A DNA stretch of 64,000 nucleotides, taken from assembly GCF_001949145.1 (NCBI RefSeq), contig NW_019091360.1, forward strand, positions 3,825,816-3,889,815, read 5' to 3'. This DNA comes from Acanthaster planci (lineage: Eukaryota). The notes under the pieces were generated by a model. That model was given only the letters and a program-made list of their open reading frames with translations. It was not told the origin of the DNA and did not search any database. Below are positions 63,201 to 64,000 of this stretch, piece by piece; the stretch's first letter is position 1, and every line of letters starts with the position of its first letter. The translations under genes and the position numbers were made by a program.

Positions 63201-64000
63201 TGATGACATTGCAGGTAATAAGGTCACCCTGGGTTTAGCTCCCCAGGGAGATCTTTTTCACAGAAGAGCCATTGATTTTTTTTTCTCACAGCTTGTACAA
63301 AAGATTCCCCTGTCACATGGCCAGTCAAGCTGTTGCAAGGATGACCAGAAATCAATGGAATTCTGATACGGGCAAACTGACGGCATTGTGAACTGCACTG
63401 TCACTGTCCATCACACTTGTTGCTGGGTTGTTTGATGGCATCAGTTGGAAAGGTTTCACCCAGGGGGGTTAGAAAACCACTTCTGTTACTCGCTATTTAA
63501 CACAGATGGGAGCAAGCATGTTGGAAACAGTTCATGTAAACACCAGGCCTTGGAAAAACTTGTTGAGTAGATACAAGCCGAGGCAGCATAATTGTTGGAT
63601 GTGGTGGTTAACATTTGTGGAGCTAGACATGCCTCAGGAATCATGAGTCAAAATGAATTTGTCAAAGTTGGTGAGAGAAACCAGTTAAGGAATTGTTTGG
63701 GTGACTGTTTTCTCGCTTCCTGTGTTTTGGATGGCAGAAGCAAAGAAAAGATACCGCGTTTGGTGAGTCACAGGGCTAATTTTTTGGTCTTCTCTGATGT
63801 GTTTTTGATTGTACTGTAATGCATCGAGGAATCTTCTAAACCTTTGGATGAGTTTGATAGCAAGAAAATCACTTAAAAAATGATTTCTTTTTCTTTTTGT
63901 TTCTATAGCTTGCCAGTCCAATATCTCCAGTATGGACCCATGGTTGCGAGGGAGGCGGCGGTTGAATCTCCAACCACCAAAGAGGAGGCGCAACCTGTTA
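51109..64000 (+). CDS. Gene 2 (3' incomplete): multi-exon I-set Ig protein of the MYLK/SPEG/obscurin/titin class
   Basis: Exons (51109-51223 or 52378-52906), 53776-55170, 57706-58017, 59698-59749, 60687-60871, 61397-61600, 61738-61789, 63909-end join in frame; two I-set Ig domains. Confidence 0.7.
52378..52906 (+). CDS. Gene 2 alternative start exon b (Cys cluster, DASTQT)
   Basis: Acceptor tttccttcag at 52309, acaATG at 52378, 181-aa ORF, ACAG|gtaaag phase-1 donor. Confidence 0.65.
53776..55170 (+). CDS. Gene 2 exon: acidic disordered region with an internal ~33-aa repeat
   Basis: 502-aa ORF; ttttcccccag acceptor, AAAG|gtaaga donor. Confidence 0.85.
57706..58017 (+). CDS. Gene 2 exon: I-set Ig domain
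   Basis: GPEFTEEL..MRCKV..SWF..DTGVYTCKASNTIGEA; donor gtaagg. Confidence 0.9.
59698..59749 (+). CDS. Gene 2 52-nt microexon (ESASDSEYETARSYFTSG)
   Basis: ccttcacag acceptor, GG|gtaagt donor; phase 1 to 2 bridges the flanking exons. Confidence 0.75.
60687..60871 (+). CDS. Gene 2 exon: linker plus first part of an Ig
   Basis: gcttag acceptor; APRFTFKPQSRVVEIGQTAKLICGVKG. Confidence 0.85.
61397..61600 (+). CDS. Gene 2 exon: second part of Ig
   Basis: SPKPHVSWF..LEI..DAGTYTCTAGNIIG. Confidence 0.9.
61738..61789 (+). CDS. Gene 2 52-nt microexon (EFGEPDVDVQIMADEMSS)
   Basis: tttttctcccag acceptor, AG|gtgagt donor; phase 1 to 2. Confidence 0.8.
63016..63062. repeat. 22-bp inverted repeat with 3-nt spacer (hairpin)
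   Basis: CATGAGCTCAGTTTCCTGGTGA-tac-TCACTAGGAAACTGAGCTCATG; one G:T mismatch. Confidence 0.9.
63909..64000 (+). CDS. Gene 2 exon running off the window (SLPVQYLQYGPMVAREAAVESPTTKEEAQPV..)
   Basis: Long polypyrimidine tract plus ctatag acceptor; the phase-2 frame is open to the window end. Confidence 0.7.

Overview
Eukaryotic (animal, probably invertebrate) genomic DNA with spliceosomal introns; the organism cannot be identified from the sequence. Two + strand genes of the giant Ig/Fn3 muscle-kinase class lie head to tail. Gene 1 was assembled by hand from 21 phase-compatible exons (6818-42772, 9,522 nt, about 3,173 aa, 5' end possibly outside the window). It encodes a smooth-muscle-type myosin light chain kinase: 11 I-set Ig domains, DFRxxL actin-binding motifs, Fn3, an intact kinase, a calmodulin-binding segment and a telokin-like terminal Ig. 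The main surprise is that its first visible exon (6818-7751) is a paralog of its last exon: both start at the same splice point inside the CaM-binding motif and end in a telokin-like Ig. The first copy adds an IQ motif and splices onward, which suggests a tandem two-kinase or fused MLCK, or a telokin-headed MLCK. Gene 2 (about 46 kb to the window end) has alternative 5' exons, an unrecognised 3x acidic repeat and Ig domains. Three microexons of exactly 52 nt (phase 1 to 2) follow Ig exons across the two genes. A MITE, a near-perfect hairpin and a few degenerate repeats lie in non-coding DNA. All gene models rest on splice signals and frame continuity only, with no transcript evidence.
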